This document shows, piece by piece, positions 38,773 through 53,921 of a DNA stretch of 64,000 nucleotides. The stretch covers positions 1,860,001 through 1,924,000 of the forward strand of contig CM038999.1 in assembly GCA_017499595.2 (NCBI GenBank), written 5' to 3'. Numbering within the stretch: the first letter of the stretch is position 1; every line of letters begins with the position of its first letter. The translations under genes were made by a program, and so were the position numbers. Origin of the DNA: Psilocybe cubensis (taxonomy: Eukaryota). The notes below the pieces were generated by a model that saw only the letters and a program-made list of their open reading frames with translations, was not told where the DNA came from and did no database searches.

Positions 38773-39850
38773 TTAAAGACGTTTTCGCTTCAAAGAATTC
38801 CCTTGGGGCAGGCACAGTGAGCTTTGTTCAAGGGCAACGTGTTCGGCTGAATCCTTCTCAATCCCTAGATCTTCTTCTAGAATTTGGGCATCTTGAGGGG
38901 GCAAAGAGTCCGTAGCCAGTTGCCAAAAGCTAGAAATTAATGAAGTGAGTTTCTCAAGATAAAGTAAAGGCTAGCCTCTGCATGTATTCGCCCACGTTAT
39001 GAACACCTTTCTCCGTCGGATCCATTCCGCTCTCCACTTAGTCCAGTCGGCGTATATGAATTCGAGTTCTTCCGCAGTGATGGGCGGAGCTCCGGAGCGG
39101 AGAGGTTGTAATGTGCTGTTGACTTTCAAAATCTTGTGTTGTGCGTCAAATAACGCACAGAATGGCGGGTTGAATACAGCTGTAAATCATACCCTCGATT
39201 TAGTCGCCTCTATTTGCGAGGTGAGTTCATTGTTAGTTGGTGTTGCTTTGATCTTGGCTAATTCTGCACACGTGTATATGCGCTCATTCTTTGATCAAAT
39301 CATATGGGGGCAAACTGGACTTACCCGCCGAGTAAGATTTGATTTCACTGGATGAAGCTTGGATCTGGTCATCGATTGCAGCAAGTTCCTTCTTTAATTC
39401 GTTAATGCGTTCAGGAGAAAGACATTCGATTTTGGCTTGATTATAGACGAAGAATGTCGTCTTGCCTAGCGAGAGAAATATCATGATAGGGTTGAAATCC
39501 GGGGTAATGACGTCAAATATTCCTACCGTAGATTTTCTGGACCAATTCGCCTTTTTCTGCCAATGCGACGAGAATTTTTTGTACAGCGGTCTTTGGAACG
39601 GCACCCTTCAAGTTAGCAGCAACATCTACAGCGCCATACGGTCGATTCATCTACGCATTTTCGGATGAATACAACGCGACCAGGGGTGGCTCTCCAACAT
39701 GGAATTATACTCTTTTAAGGTATTCAAGGACTGCATTCTCAGCTATATATACTTTGAGTGGATATTCAGCATTAATTTCTTGATTTTATTACCTTCCTGG
39801 CCTTTGAGGACTGAAACTTTGAGTTCTTGCTTTCCTTTGGAGGAGGACAT
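38773..39850 (-). CDS. HOP2: Meiotic homologous-pairing protein Hop2 (TBPIP)
   Basis: VLEYLKRMNRPYGAVDVAANL...KIYGKTTFFVYNQ winged helix, a coiled coil, and WIRRRKVF...EDLGIE. Confidence 0.85.
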
Positions 39851-40111
39851 AGGTATCAATGTTGAAGACAAGAACGCGGGGTGTCCCGCCCAAGTCCCGC
39901 CGGCACCGCGATATCGATTGGCGGTTGCCGGCAAGCCGAAGGCTCGCCCCGGAGCTTGAGCAAATTATATGCGTACTGTGTGTACCACTGGATTTCTAAC
40001 ATTCACATTGTACTCCAGGGGATACCACGCGCCCGTAACGTTCTTTCTTTCTTTCGTTATCTCATCTCTTGACATTGTGTAGTGCATCTTTATGATCCCC
40101 AGGCTCTGCGA

Positions 40112-41326
40112 ATGAGTCCGAATGCCGCACAAGCGCATCCAGACACTCAATCTCTCAACTACATCATACGGTCTGGTCTTGCAGGTGGAGTAGCCGGGTG
40201 TATTGTAAGTAAATTAATCTGTAGGCAGCAGCATATTGCTAAAGCCGGTCTGGTTTCAGGCAAAGACAGTCGTCGCCCCTCTTGATAGAGTAAAGATCCT
40301 TTTTCAAGCCTCCAATCCCGAGTACAAGAAATATGCTGGTCGGTCTTCACTGTGTCATGGTTACATAGCACCTGAATTGAATGGAATCGCAGGAACATGG
40401 AGTGGTGCATTTCGCGCAGTTAACAGCATATATGGACAGGGAGGAATTAGGGGGCTTTTTCAAGGCCATTCAGCCACCCTTCTTCGTGTATTCCCGTACG
40501 CCGCGATAAAATTCATGGCATACGACCAAGTGCATTACGTGAGTGTTCATATGAGTTCTAAAACACAAATGTTCACGATTATGCTGAACCATGTTTTAGG
40601 TTCTTATGCCAACCAGGGAGCAAGAGACTAACACTCGGCGGTTTCTTGCAGGCGCTATATCCGGTTTGTCCCAACCATTACTCTTCCCCGTGTTTTTCTG
40701 GTCTCACGATTCCTCAAGGAACTTTATCTGTATTTTGCACATACCCATTGGAGGTCATAAGAGTGCGAATGGCGTTCCAAACGCGTCTTAATGGAGACTC
40801 GACGCCATACCGGCCATCCTTCCTCACAGCTGCTCGACACCTATACCATGAAGGCACTATCACACCTATGGCGTCATCACAAGCACCTACTTCGAAGAAC
40901 CTTCTCGACCTTTATCCCATTCTCAAATTCTATCGAGGTTTTACGGTGACTATGATGGGAATGATTCCATACGCTGGTGTATCGTTCCTCACCTGGGGAT
41001 TCCTCCGTTCTCATTTTCTGGCTCCATCAACGACTGGGCGACCCAAAGCGACTCCTCTAGCGGATCTTGCATTCGGAGCACTCTCAGGTGCGATTGCACA
41101 GACAGCATCGTATCCTTTTGAGGTGACACGCAGGAGGATGCAAGTTGGAGGAATCTCAAGACCGGATAGATGGCTTCGTTGGGGTGAGACTGTAAATGCC
41201 ATATGGCAATCATCTGGCTGGCGAGGGTTCTATGTTGGATTGAGTATAGGGTATTTAAAAATAATTCCGATGACGGCGGTCAGCTATGCAGTGTGGCAAA
41301 GCGGGAAGAGGATTCTCAATGTATAG
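40112..41326 (+). CDS. LEU5: Mitochondrial carrier, Leu5-like CoA transporter
   Basis: [45 protein letters not shown] and three PX(D/E)XX(K/R) carrier signatures. Confidence 0.8.
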
Positions 41327-43312
41327 AGACACTCATGTAAATTACAATTTTTACTACTATTGATCGATGTGCATAAGTTCATTCTAAATAGACCCACATG
41401 TCCGATGCCTTAGATAGTACTTAATACATACAAAATACATCAGTTCGTGGGAGATGACCATTATCCAACATAGCTTTTAAAGAAATAAAACTAGATAAAA
41501 TGTCGTTAGGCGTTAGGAAATAAGCGTTCATTTTGGAAGATGAAAGAAAGCCATCTTTCCTGGCTTAAACATAGTCATTGCCTATGCGTCGGACTTCCGG
41601 TACTGACAACCTCTATCCTGGGTACAAAATTCTCCAATTCTATTGACACCGGAATGCAAGGGTCTCTCGGTCTGTTGGACGGGTCACGACTCAAGTTTCG
41701 ACGTCGTAGATAAGTCAGTGGACAGGGTCTGGGATACTGGACATATTTTTGTTACCTTTGCACTGCCCCTTTCGACGATGGATAGTTGTTCGAGAGGTAA
41801 CATCTACATCTGAGATAGATAGGAGCTCGATGATAGAACTTGTTACCCGCGAAACGTTGAACTCTGGATAGACAATCATTATAAAATGATTGGGTCAATC
41901 AGTGAATCAGCAGAACAAATTCAGAGAAACAAAAAATATAGCAGAAGCAACTAAGTCGTTGGAGTATCGCTAAGCAGTGTCGATTTATAAAATCTTATTG
42001 AAACGCTGGCCGTATAATAACTGAGGAAGTGCATCGAGCAAATTGGTGACCGGTCGACGCATTGGAAAGCGAACACCAGTCGGGATTTTCGTGTTTACCA
42101 AAGTTCGGTGCTTATCAAAGTTCGAACAACACAATTGGCTGCGGCCAAAGTGGTAGGCAATGAGGTAGTAAACCGCCGCAGCGCTGTGTGAGCAAATTCG
42201 ATTGTAAACGCGTCATATAACAGGGGAGTCGGGGGAGATGGAAATCAAATTATTATTGGAATCAGGATTATCACATTGCGTGCATGTCGGGATGACCTTG
42301 GAGGATACTCTATTTTTGGGGAGATTTTCATACTTGTAGGTGACGTGTGCTGGGCGCTTCCAGATGAGCGCTTTGAACATCAAAAGCTTGGATAACGCAC
42401 AAATACCTTATAAGACAGTCAACACAAGTATAATAACAAATTATGGGACTGTAGCAATCGTCGAATCCATGGTGCATTGAAAAAACTTCACCCTTCCTAT
42501 GTGCTAGAAAATCGAGCGCCCAATACCGACGTGCCCTTTGAGAGAGCCCTGACAATATGTTAGAGGAGCGGACTCGTTTCCCGCCCGAAGTTTATTTACG
42601 AGGTTTGAATTCTTGTCTTTACACTACAAGTGTTTCCTCGGCTTATTGGATAGTGCGGTTACCCATTGATTATTGCCTGCAAGATGTTGGCAAGATGTTT
42701 GGGAGAGTTGCAACGGAGAATGGTGAATTCTTTATTACCGGACGACACGCAATACTATCGGCAGCCTTTGGAGCTAGCTAAATCCAGATAGCGTTAGCCA
42801 GAGCGCGCTTGAAGGTGAATGAAGTCGCGGTGAGGGTGACAGAACTTTGACTGGTACTAGTAGTGTGCCATATACACTGGCATAAGTACAGTGGAAGAGT
42901 GTCACAACAGTGAGCAGAATGTTGCAAGTCACATGTCGTAACAACAAGGTCACACCGTCAACGTTGACTAAAAACACAGAGAAGACCGAGCGACTCCCGA
43001 ACAAATCGATACGTATGTTTGGTCCTGATTCGCGGCCGTTAATTACTGATAAAGCACCGCCTGACATGCGAGTAAGTGTATTTTTACATATACAACAAAT
43101 GCACTACTTAAAAGCTGATGATCATTCCCATTTGTAGTCCCTAAATAATTATATACCGCCGCGCACTTGCAGGAGTGACAGCTGCTAAACCACTTGTCCT
43201 TATTATAATCCACCTTTTATACCCACACAACTCTGTCGACCTTGCTGCTCCATCCATCTGCTGAATCGCACTGTCAACACTATCACAAGCTTTATTACCT
43301 CGTCCCTCCATT

Positions 43313-45895
43313 ATGGATTCGTTCTCTTCAGATTCTGCTGGGGGGAAAATTGTCAAGGAGAAGAAGACTCGAAGGCGCCTTCGACTCAGTTGTGTTGAAT
43401 GTACTAAGCGGAGACAAGTATGTTCTCTACGGCAGTATATCTCTGTGTTATTGACCTTTTCGCAGAAATGTGACCGCAAACACCCTTGCTCTTTGTGTAT
43501 CACGAGAGGTGTAGCCCATCTGTGCCGCTGGGAGTCCGTCCCTGTGGCCCGCCCACCTCCAGCTCGACCTCCTATCAGTGCTTTGCGAGAAGCCAGTCTT
43601 CCGACAAATCACGACCAGGAGGAACTTATTTCCGAACTCAAACAGCGGATTGCTACACTGGAGCATGAACTCAGCAAGGCACGGGAGCAGCCTGCATCGC
43701 CCTACCATACACACTCGTCTGGCAGTCGCACCCAATCAACATCTCCGTCCTGTAACGCAACTGACGTAAGCACGAACAGTGGCCTGTCTGATCATCTTTC
43801 AGACATCTCTCATCGACAATCATCCGTGGAAATCCTCCACGAGCAAAGCTTCCGCTCGACAAGAGGGTCACCAGATCTTCTGCCCGTCGCAAGCCCCTTG
43901 AACGACGAAACTTACGAGTCAATATCCTACCTTGCCCATTTATCTTTGGCTCATCATGGAGAATTTATCGGGCGTGGAAGTGTGATTTGTGCTCTTCATT
44001 CGGTAGGCTTCTCCCAGTTCTTTATATATCGAGCTCTTGAAACTTATATCCACCTATAGATGACCACACGACGGGTCCCGCGCTTTCTTTATGCCAAATC
44101 AACCGACCCCCTGTCAGATTTTCGCGAACCAGTTCGGAGGTTTTCTGACATATCTTTTGCTGGAAGCGTCGAGGAATTGGTCGCACTGTTGCCTTCAATG
44201 ATGGTCGTAGAAACTTTAACTTCCGCGTTCTTCGCTGAAGTAAATTGGCGATATGCTATTCCCGAGGACTGGTTTCGGGATGCGCGATCACAGATGTGGT
44301 TAAGCTTACAACATAGGCGATCCCAAATCAACACCAACTGGTTGGTGTTGTTATTCGCTGTGTTGGCATCTGCACCCCAGGCTGCTTACGATGAAGTTGA
44401 GCCTTATGCCCCCGTGCGAACTAACGACGACTATTTTATGTGTTCGATACTTGCTCGTCGTCTGGTCGAAGACGAGTTCTTGAACGTACCTAACAGTTCC
44501 GTCATGGTCTCTGCCGCTGACGGGACAGTTCTGGGGTGTCTGGCCATCCCTATGTTGTGCAATTATCTTGCAGAGCGAGGACGCATCAGCGAGGCGTGGA
44601 AACTTGCTGGCCAGGGTATCCGCAGTGCGGAAGCGGTCGGAATGCATCGCGACCCAGAATGGAGGCTGTGGCAAATGATGTCCAGCGATGAGAAGCTGTT
44701 GAGGAGGCGGGCATGGTGGGGTTTATTTATTGCGGACAAGTAAGTTGATCCAGCGATGCTCAGATGTTACCTATTCTTATCCTCCAAAGAGTGTACTCGT
44801 ATATTCTTGGTCGGCCCCAGATACTGAGGCCAGAAACCTTTGAAGTTGATTCATCCCCTTCGCCTAATCCAAATGGAACGCGCAACATAGTTAACATTGG
44901 ATTAAACGTGATCGTTTCTCTGATGGAACTGTTGAGCAATGCCATAGAGAAAGTTTGTATTTCTTTTGAAGTTTGCCTCAATCAAGGTATTAACAATCAC
45001 GTTATAGTGTTTCAACGACGTTTCTCCATCATGCTCCGCCTTCTTCCAAATGGATCGTACTTTCGAGGAATGGGAAGAGCGACTCCCAACCGAATACCAG
45101 CGAGGATCAGATTCACGGCTGCTGCAAGATTATAGTCCTGCAGAATTAAAGCTTCTCGCTCTCCAGCGATACTTTATTCACACATGGCATATGATTGGGC
45201 GGCTTAAATTTCACTTGGCTATAACCACTGGCCTGGGCTCAGTACCTCATAGTCCAAATGATTTACGTCGTAGTATGGAAACTTGCGTCACCATTACGTT
45301 GCAAATTATTCGCTTCCAAACTGCGACATACCAAGCTTCACTTCGCCCGAGCGACGACAGCTATGCCTTCGCCTATCCGGTAAATTGCTGGCTATTCGAG
45401 GGTTGCTTCTCTTTGTTTGAAGCCTCAGTGGCGCTTATTACCACCATGTCACGACTCCGATGGCACGAGATGGAGGCTGAGACTAATTCTGCCCTCGATT
45501 CGGCCATGTTTGTATTCGATAAGGTTGCCCACAGAGAGAAGGGCAAAACGAAGGACGGCGCCACTAGAGCCATTGAAGTTTTGACCACTATCCGAGATCA
45601 AGGCTGGCTGGGGAAAGGCGAAAGACTACGGCTACCCAGAATCAAAGATGACCCCGAATCCCAAGAAATCCAGGGGGTACTCGACGTTGAAAAAGACTCT
45701 AGAAATGATTTTCCTATATCAGGCGTCTTTGCATCGTCGTCGCATTATTCAATGGGGCCAATGCATCCCTCAGACATTCACCTTCCAAAGTTTTCTCAGC
45801 TTGAAGACTTTGTTGGCTATGGAATAGGAGCTCGCGCGGCGGCAGATCACATGGACATCGTGCATGTGGGAAATGAAAGGATACATCATCTCTAA
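43313..45895 (+). CDS. Zn(II)2Cys6 transcription factor with a fungal TF middle homology region
   Basis: SCVECTKRRQ|KCDRKHPCSLCITRGVAHLC, and GMHRDP...LRRRAWWGLFIADK...LGRP. Confidence 0.88.
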
Positions 45896-46716
45896 TATCC
45901 TTGTCCCCTGGCTCTTTCTTAGAGTGCTACGATTTTTTCTAGCTTTTAGGAACTGGTCACTACAGCTACCTTTCTAGGCCACTCCCACAGCCACCCAAGG
46001 GTCGACTGGCGCGAGGTTCATGTATATTTTTGCACCATTGCTGTACGATTTGCTCGTTATCCAACAGGCGCCATCTATCACCCCTTGTTTGCAGCAGTGT
46101 CCAAGTTTAGAATCGCGATTTGTGTTAACACGTCGCTGTCAAGACATTTGGGGGTTGCACAGCAGTGGGAGTTGAACGTGGACAACAAGAGCCATTTGGG
46201 AGTGGATGTTCGTCCGTCTAGGGCCGCTATCCTGGCCAGTGTGGGATGATTGAGAGTAGATAAATGTCCCGGATAGATTTCTGATCAGTATAGCCTATCT
46301 ATATGGTTGTAATTACCTGGCAATGAAATAGTGTGTATCAGAAAAGAACGCTTGAGGCTGAATCTGAATCTGATGTTGGCGGAGTTGAAGATAGCGAGTT
46401 GTGCGGAGATGAGATAAATGGTGGATGAGCAGCCCTGATTTGGAAGTTGATCCTGTTTTGATCGAGTGTGATCCACCCATTCTCTGACAATTACCACCAT
46501 CCCCGCTGCCCCTTCGCTCCGAGTCCTCTTTCTCTTCGACGCCCATGGTCCCTTTCAATCTGCTTTGACCACCCAAGCAACACCCCGGAGCACCTCCATT
46601 CTTCTCCGCCCTAGCACCGCCCTCCGGTCACACAATAGCATTGCTCACAATCTTGGACCTCTACCCCACAGTCATATAGCGAACCCTCTCTCAGCCTTGG
46701 GCTGGGAACATCAGTT

Positions 46717-49700
46717 ATGCCAGTGCCAATGAGGACAAATTTCCAAAAGGCCGAGGCAAAGTACAACGTTACCACTGAGTGTCAGTGCCGTATGTGTTCT
46801 TCCCTTGCGTCATTCTCATATTCTGCTATCTAGTCCCCAGTCTTGGGTTGCATTCAGCGGCTGCCACCGGAGATGTTGGCCTCGTCGAGTATGCCTTGAA
46901 CAATGGTCAGCCCATCAACTCCGTTCTCGATGGTGTCCTGCCCCTCCATGCTGCCTGCGCCGGGGGGAACGTGCAAGTTGTCAAGTCTCTCATTGATCAT
47001 GGGGCTGATGTCAATGCGCCTCGGTACGTTGCATCGTCATATCTACCGAGACCCTGTTAAATCTATCTTCTATATACAGATTGCCTCGAAAGTATTCCAA
47101 CGACAAGAACCGCGACGCATCTGCTCCCATCGTTGGCACTTCTGGATCCACCCCTCTCCACTTTGCCGCCGCTAATGGCAACACCGATGTCATCTCCCTC
47201 CTTCTGCTGCATGGTGCACACCCAGACCGCCCTGACAAGCATGGTGTCACACCAGAAACTCTTGCTCAGCAAAACGGTTGGGTGGAATGCGCAAAGGTCT
47301 TGCGAGAATGGACTGCAAATAAAGACCGAGATCTTATTGAAAGAGAGGGCTCTCGTGGAAGTTCAATTCCAAACTACCCAGAGTCCTCTTCCAGCACCCC
47401 GCGCAGGCGTTTGCACGTGAAGCAGTCAATTGATACGGCCTTGAATATGCTTAAGGCCCCGGATGCCGCATCCAGAGCAACACAATCGATGCATGCCACA
47501 ACACCCCCTGCATCTCCACGTAAGCCCTTTGGGGAGTACACTTTTTATCCCTCTAGCAATTCATCAGTTGAACCAGGATCACGCCGCCCATCGCTGCCAC
47601 ATGTTCTGCAACCTCCAACTGAAGAATTTACAAGAAACCGTAGACCGTCATTTAATTCGACGTCTCAGGATATTCAACGTCGACCAAGCTCTGCGGGGCA
47701 CGATGCCGATCGCAGTCAGGAGCCAGAACAGATGTATCCTGTTTATGGTAGAGGTGGTTCGGGGCGCAGATTAGGTAGCAAATATTCCTTGCTAAACCTT
47801 TTTAAGAAAGGCCAGTCGCAGTCTAGTGACGGAATGGATGCACCACCGGCTTTACCAGCGAGCTCATCGGACTCAGGTTCGTATTGGGATCACTCTAGTT
47901 CAGCCTCGGGGAAACATATTGGATCATCATCTAACCCCTTTTCAGGTAATTTGTCGGGACCAACGCCGAGTCCTGATGCATTTGAGCAAACCTCATCTAC
48001 CACACCTGGTTCTGTTTCTCGTCTTGTTTCTAGAGTTCACAGAGGTAGTGATGCTTCAACGAAGGGGAGCCGTCTTGGCCCTCAGAATCATTCTCTTCCT
48101 CGAAAGCCATCAGGTAACTTGCAGACGACCCAATCACCTTCTCGGGGCAATGTACCATTAGCAGTTGAACTTCATATGGCACTTGCCCATCAACAGTTGC
48201 AAAATAGAGGACAATCCAACACACCATCAACTGACGACGCCGACAAGGTCAAGCCTTCGAGTCCATTGGCAAAGATGTCTCTTCGTCTGCCTGCTCATAA
48301 TCGAAATCGATCAGCCTCTTCTGGGAGCATGCCCATTGATTCCAGTGGTTCTCAGGAAGCTGCTGTGTGCGCGTCGACGTCCCATGAGAATGATAGTGGA
48401 AAGCCGAGTCCAAGCCCAAGACCAGGTATTCTCAGAGCTCACAACCGCATCCCGTCCAGTGGTCCAGGGGGGTCTCCTGTTAATTCCAGGACTCTCAGGT
48501 TCGATTCGTCTTCCAGCAATCCAATCGTAGACAGAAGGGCGAAGGATAGTCCACGGTCCTCTTCACTGCCATTGCGATCCTTTAACAGCACTGGATCACT
48601 TACCAAGCTACATGTTCAAACACATGATCACGAAAGCATGGGTGACCGTTACAACGATGATCATCAAGATACTCACCGTGTTGCTGGTGCAAAAGACCTC
48701 GAAGATGGTGACGGTGATGAGGATCAAGACGAAAACTATGGGCAACCGATTACTGATGGTCCTCTCGTGGGTAGCCCAAATCTTCCTTCTGTTCTGTTGC
48801 AACGCCAACGAGGCCGGTCATTTACTTCCTCTTCTGAATCATCGTTATCACCTATCTTGACCAACGAGAACGTGAACGCAACTGATCCATCCGTATCCAT
48901 CCTCAATGCTGACTTCCCATTCAGTATCAATCGTCCTCCCTCACTATTGGCCGAAGATCCTTCAGAAAATTTCTCTTACAACGCCGAGCATCTACATGTT
49001 CCTCAGCTTTCTGACAGTCGGAACAGAGGTGACTCCTTGAGCAGCAACAGCACTTCCGACAGCCGTGGTAATATGATGAGCTCCAGCAGCACCAGTGGGA
49101 GTGGACCAAGTGTAGGTGTTGCGAGTCCTGGAGCCTATGACAACTCGGCTTTACCTTCTGAATCCTACGAAGCGTATGGGGAAAAACACGGCATTCAAGG
49201 GTCACCAGCTGTTCCAATTAACATCCCGGGCTTGAATGAGAGGCGCGCACATAGCCCCTTGGATATCGACATCACTTCCATATCATCACACGCGCAAGCA
49301 GAAGCATTAGTAGAACGCGCACGGCAGGAGGTTCTGGATATCGCGAATTCTCAGGATGCATCTTCTCCTCTCACTGGCGGCATCGGTCGAACACCCTTGA
49401 GTGCCAGGTTGGCTGCATACGGAGAAAGCCTTGCTTTGGAAAGGAAGCTCCGAGAACAAAAGGAAGGGGAAGGCAATAAACAGGATGGTGCCCGTATTCC
49501 TCTACAGCCGACCAATGGCCTTCCTTCCGCTGAACAGAGCATTCAAACACGTACCTCGAGCTCTAAAGGACGAGAGGGTGTGGAAAGACAGCTGAGCCTT
49601 GAAGCCAAGCCGAGTTCGCCACGTCCCAAGAGGCGGCCAAAGGAACCTCGCAGACCGTCAACTGCGGAAGGCCGTGAGTTATCCTTTATCTAATTCTTAT

Positions 49701-50200
49701 ATGTTAAGGTGGATATTGATGTTTTAATTCTAGTCTCTTCCAATAATCAGGACGCTTTCTTCTCAGAGCGTGCCTTTTCGCACCATCCATCACATTCTAC
49801 TTCCACATCCATTCCAAACTATTCCATACCCCCACTAACTCAGGGACCTAACCGCAATCAATCTCAATCGTTGGGAAATATTAATGTACCATTAAAGAAC
49901 GGTATAGGCGAATCCTCTTTGGTAGCGTCTCCGGCGGCTCTCGCTGCCCCGAGTCGTGCTAGCTCCATCGATGAAGCAGATACAGAAACGGATTCTATTC
50001 CCACTTTGCACCGCGTCACTCCATCAACTATTCCGAGCACACGTTCAAAGAGCTCGAAAAAGTTGGCGAAGATGGGCATTCCTGTGACTGAGCAAGCCGC
50101 TGCTGCAAGCCGTGCCACACCACCGTCTGCTGGCACCCTACCGAATTCGAAACGTTTTGGCATCAAATCCATTATGCAAACCCTCAAAGGCAGACCTTGA
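46717..50200 (+). CDS. Ankyrin-repeat protein with a long Ser-rich disordered tail
   Basis: LHSAAATGDVGLV, PLHAACAGGNVQVVKSLIDHGADVN and TPLHFAAANGNTDVISLLLLHGA repeats. One exon encodes about 870 aa. Confidence 0.8.
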
Positions 50201-50620
50201 GCGATACCCGAACAAGCCTCAACATAGTCTTCTGCACACCTTCAATATAGTCTCGCATTTCCCTTTTTATCCCACCCGTTGACTTCGCTGCATTCTTGGG
50301 CGCCCTTGTATATTTCAGTGTTTCTTCTCTCGTTATCTTGTTGGCATTGTTATCGTTTTCATTATTTTTTATTTGAGGTGTTTCGGTGTTGTATCATTGT
50401 ATATTACTTCTTCACTTCTGGCATTCTTCTTTCTTTTGTCTATGTACATTCATCGTTTCTCTACACTCGAACAAGGAAATCACATGAGTACTTCTATTTA
50501 AACTCCAGGGATGTCCATGGAAGCTCCCAAGCAACCTTCGATCGAGTACCAGTCCTTTCTCTAGTACTCCCACCAACACCACTGTTCCCTTCGACCCACC
50601 CAGTGTAGACGGAGTTCAGC

Positions 50621-51243
50621 ATGTCCACCGCCCGAAACCAGGATGTCCCTCTCAAAGAGCCCAGTCTCTTGCCTTTCCCTCAAGGCAAATTAACCGTAGA
50701 ACATCGAAAGCAACTCATAGTCATCCGGGCTTGCTTGATCTCTTGGCTCATAGCCCGGTCAGATGTTGATGACAATGTTCCCAATGCTAGTAACAACTTG
50801 GAGAAAGCTACAGAAGAGCTGAGTAGTAAGTACTGTCAGAACAATTATGCGTTTGGTGAAGTGTATGCTGATGAGAACACATTTCATTAGAACTACAAGT
50901 ACAAGCACCGTTTGCGTTTACGCCATCCCCAACATATATATTCCGCTCGGTGCTGTTGTCCTGCATCAAATGCTACTGGATTGCTCTCGTTGAGTCCCTT
51001 GATACACCCGAGAAAGATGAATTAGCGGCTCGCTTGTCACTGGTACCACCATACGGGCAGAGGATTCCCAAATTGAACGGAAAGAAGTGCGTCGATGCTC
51101 CCGCAGACCTAAATGAAAAGGAATACGAGGGTTTGATGAGAGTGTTGACACTTGTCATCGTGGATTTGACATCTGACGATGTCATGAAGATGTGGAGGGA
51201 ACTTGCTGAAGTGGGTGTTCAGACTTGGGAGGAAAGTGATTAA
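50621..51243 (+). CDS. Hypothetical protein (2 exons)
   Basis: Two open exons joined by a GT-AG intron at about 50825-50890. No family recognised. Confidence 0.6.
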
Positions 51244-51405
51244 GTGATCTATTTTTAGTTTATTCCAACCAATCATACCACTGAAAGTCACATTGAAGTT
51301 TATAACTAACGAAAAGGGTTACTTAGATATCAAGGTATAAGCCTACAAATTGGTGGTTAAAAACACCTAAATTTATATAAAAAACTTGTAAAAGATCGTG
51401 CAGCC

Positions 51406-53921
51406 TTAAGCTTCACCACCCTCGGCATCCAGCGAAATAACTAGTCTCTGGAAGCCAACTTGACGCGCAATGGTAGATTCTCTCCTTTCAATTGCTCTCC
51501 CTCCAATGTTGGTAGCATCACTAGGCATGCTTCTCTCCTGAGCCGATCCAGTTCGGGAGTAGGTAGTAGTTCGAAATTATTGATAATTTCGACTGTAAGT
51601 GCGAAAACCTCGTATAGAGCGAACCTCCAACCAATGCATGTTCTGACGCCCCCTGCAAATGTAAGTCTTCAAGGTGATTAATTTTAGCAAATTTAACTTT
51701 GCATTAGAGGAAATATGGCGTACAGATTCCCGTACACTCCTAATGATGGGCCTTTCTTTTCACCCGACTGTCTGAGCCATCTATCCGGATTGTAGGTATG
51801 AGCGTCTTCCCCGAAGATCTCCGTATTTCTGAAAGTGATATCCAAGCGTTAGTTGTGAAGGTCGATGAAGGTCGACAGGTGTGGTAGAACTGACCTGTTG
51901 TAAGCTGCTATAGATAGAATAATTTTGATGCCCTTCGGTATAGGTACTTCGTTCACATAATTGCCGTGGACAGTCTTGATAGGTTTGGAAAGAGGCAAGA
52001 TATTATCTTCTGCGGCTTGTCGATAGTTTTGGTACAATGCTGGATGAAATCTCATAGATTCCTAGAATCGTACAGATTTCGGAGTGGGAACACCATAGAT
52101 AACTAATGTTGAATAGTGTGCGCACCTTGATAACAGCACCCAAAAATACCATATTTTCCAGATCCGCAGCAGTAAAATCGGCATCTCCGCGTGCATGAAT
52201 AGCAATTTCAGTCTCCCTGATCTCATTTCGTAGTCTCTGTTGAACGTCAGGGTGTCTCGCCAGTTCTAAAAGAACCCAACATAGTGTTGTGGCACTTGTT
52301 TCATGTCCTGCAAGTAATATGGTCCTAGAATAAAAGGAACTCAACAAAGATATTTAACACAAGGAGATAGAACGACGTACCGCATTTGGGCCATCATTTC
52401 TTCATCTGTCAGACGGATGCTAGCTGTCTCTGATGCATTTGCTTTGACTGGAATAAGATATTGTTGTATCGTTAGAACTCAAAGACGGAAAATATGTGTT
52501 CTATAACTACCAAGTAATGATAAGATATCTTTATTCCCTTTTCCTTGGAGTAAGGCTTCGGCTTTAGAATCGACGAGTTTGCGGGTCACCGCGTTCGCTA
52601 ACTGTTCGGTATGTCTTGCATGAACGAGGGTCCTCGAACGAGAAAATTTGGACCTCAGTTGGAGGATCCAAATAGGAAGGACCGTTTGCATGAAAATAGC
52701 GGACTTTGGGGGCGAACCAAGTGTGTCCGACCTGAAGGTAACATTGAGTGATATATTGTGAAACGAGAAAAAAGTTACTGGACATTAAACCCATATATGC
52801 CTTCATAAATTCATTGTCAGTATTTCGCAGCGCGCCAAACTGATAATCAAATGCGGCTGGTAATACATAAAAATGAGATTACAAAACATTGTTATCAGAC
52901 CCCTTCTCACCTTCTCCAATCGAATCCATTGTCGCACGAGAAAGCCAGGAAGCAACATTAAATACGGCAGATTGGTCGGGGGAACTGGCGAGAATGTCAG
53001 ACCATTGTGCGGACAACTACATCGGATTGCTGTATGAGGCTGGGTCTCGAGAGTAGCAGTGGAATAAAAGTTATTACCTCTGCTCCTACACGTCGGAAAA
53101 TCGGAACGAACGCCTTGCATTCAGGTGCTGCAAAAAGGTCAGCATAGTGATTTCTAATTATTATAAAGGACTTACTACCAAATCCGGGGAGCATTACTTT
53201 TCTCTGACGTTTATGTATTTCGGCTAGAAAATATTATTACGTATGAAAAGGATGTTTGGGATCACTGGGGAATCATACCATCTGCCCATAGAAGTCCGCG
53301 ACCCATCAAGATGCGAGAAATCTCGGTTCGTTCAGGCCATTTGAGAAAACCATAACCTTGGGTACCAAAATTAGAAACTGTCATTTCAGAGGGCGCTGGT
53401 AACGTGCCTGAAGTGTGAAAGATGTACTGAAGGGCTTTAGGGTCGGAAATGAGTAAACGATCTTCCTATGGTCATTTTTAGTTATGATGTTTAATGAGAG
53501 AAAAAGAATGGGTTAGCACGCACACCAAAAGGACCTTTAATGCGAACAACGTCGCCGTAGATTTGTTGGTATTTGAAATCTGGAACACCTGCTTGACTTT
53601 GAAAGATTTCCGGGAGATTACCTGTGTATTTATGAGGCATCATCAACCCACAAGGCCCCGCGGAGTGCATTATATTAAGTACCCAGAATGTAGGTTTCAG
53701 GCTCAGGTCCTGGGATGTAAGACACACTGATGCGTCGAGCTCGTCGATAGATAGCCAGCAATGCGAGCACAACAGACAAGCTCAACACAAAACTCTGCGA
53801 GTAAGATCAGATGCAAATCGATTAGAAAAAGATGGTGCAGACATCATACTGTAATATCGTTTTTTGGTATGTGGGGCAGACATCGGAACCAGGACTGTAT
53901 AGCCTCTGTAATCGAAAGCAT
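51406..53921 (-). CDS. Cytochrome P450 monooxygenase
   Basis: N-terminal TM plus IPGP, I-helix LAGHETSA, ExxR (ESMR), PDRW and heme motif FAGGVRTCIG. Confidence 0.9.

Noticed and set aside
41330-43310. 2-kb gene-free stretch with small ORFs
   Set aside because: No repeats, RNA gene or splice-consistent ORF was recognised. It is probably the upstream regulatory region of the Zn2Cys6 gene.
51406-53921. P450 (and the Zn2Cys6 factor at 43.3 kb) as tailoring or regulatory genes of the RiPP cassette
   Set aside because: They lie 7-16 kb away, separated by Rho2, Hop2, Leu5 and other housekeeping genes, with no sequence evidence of linkage.
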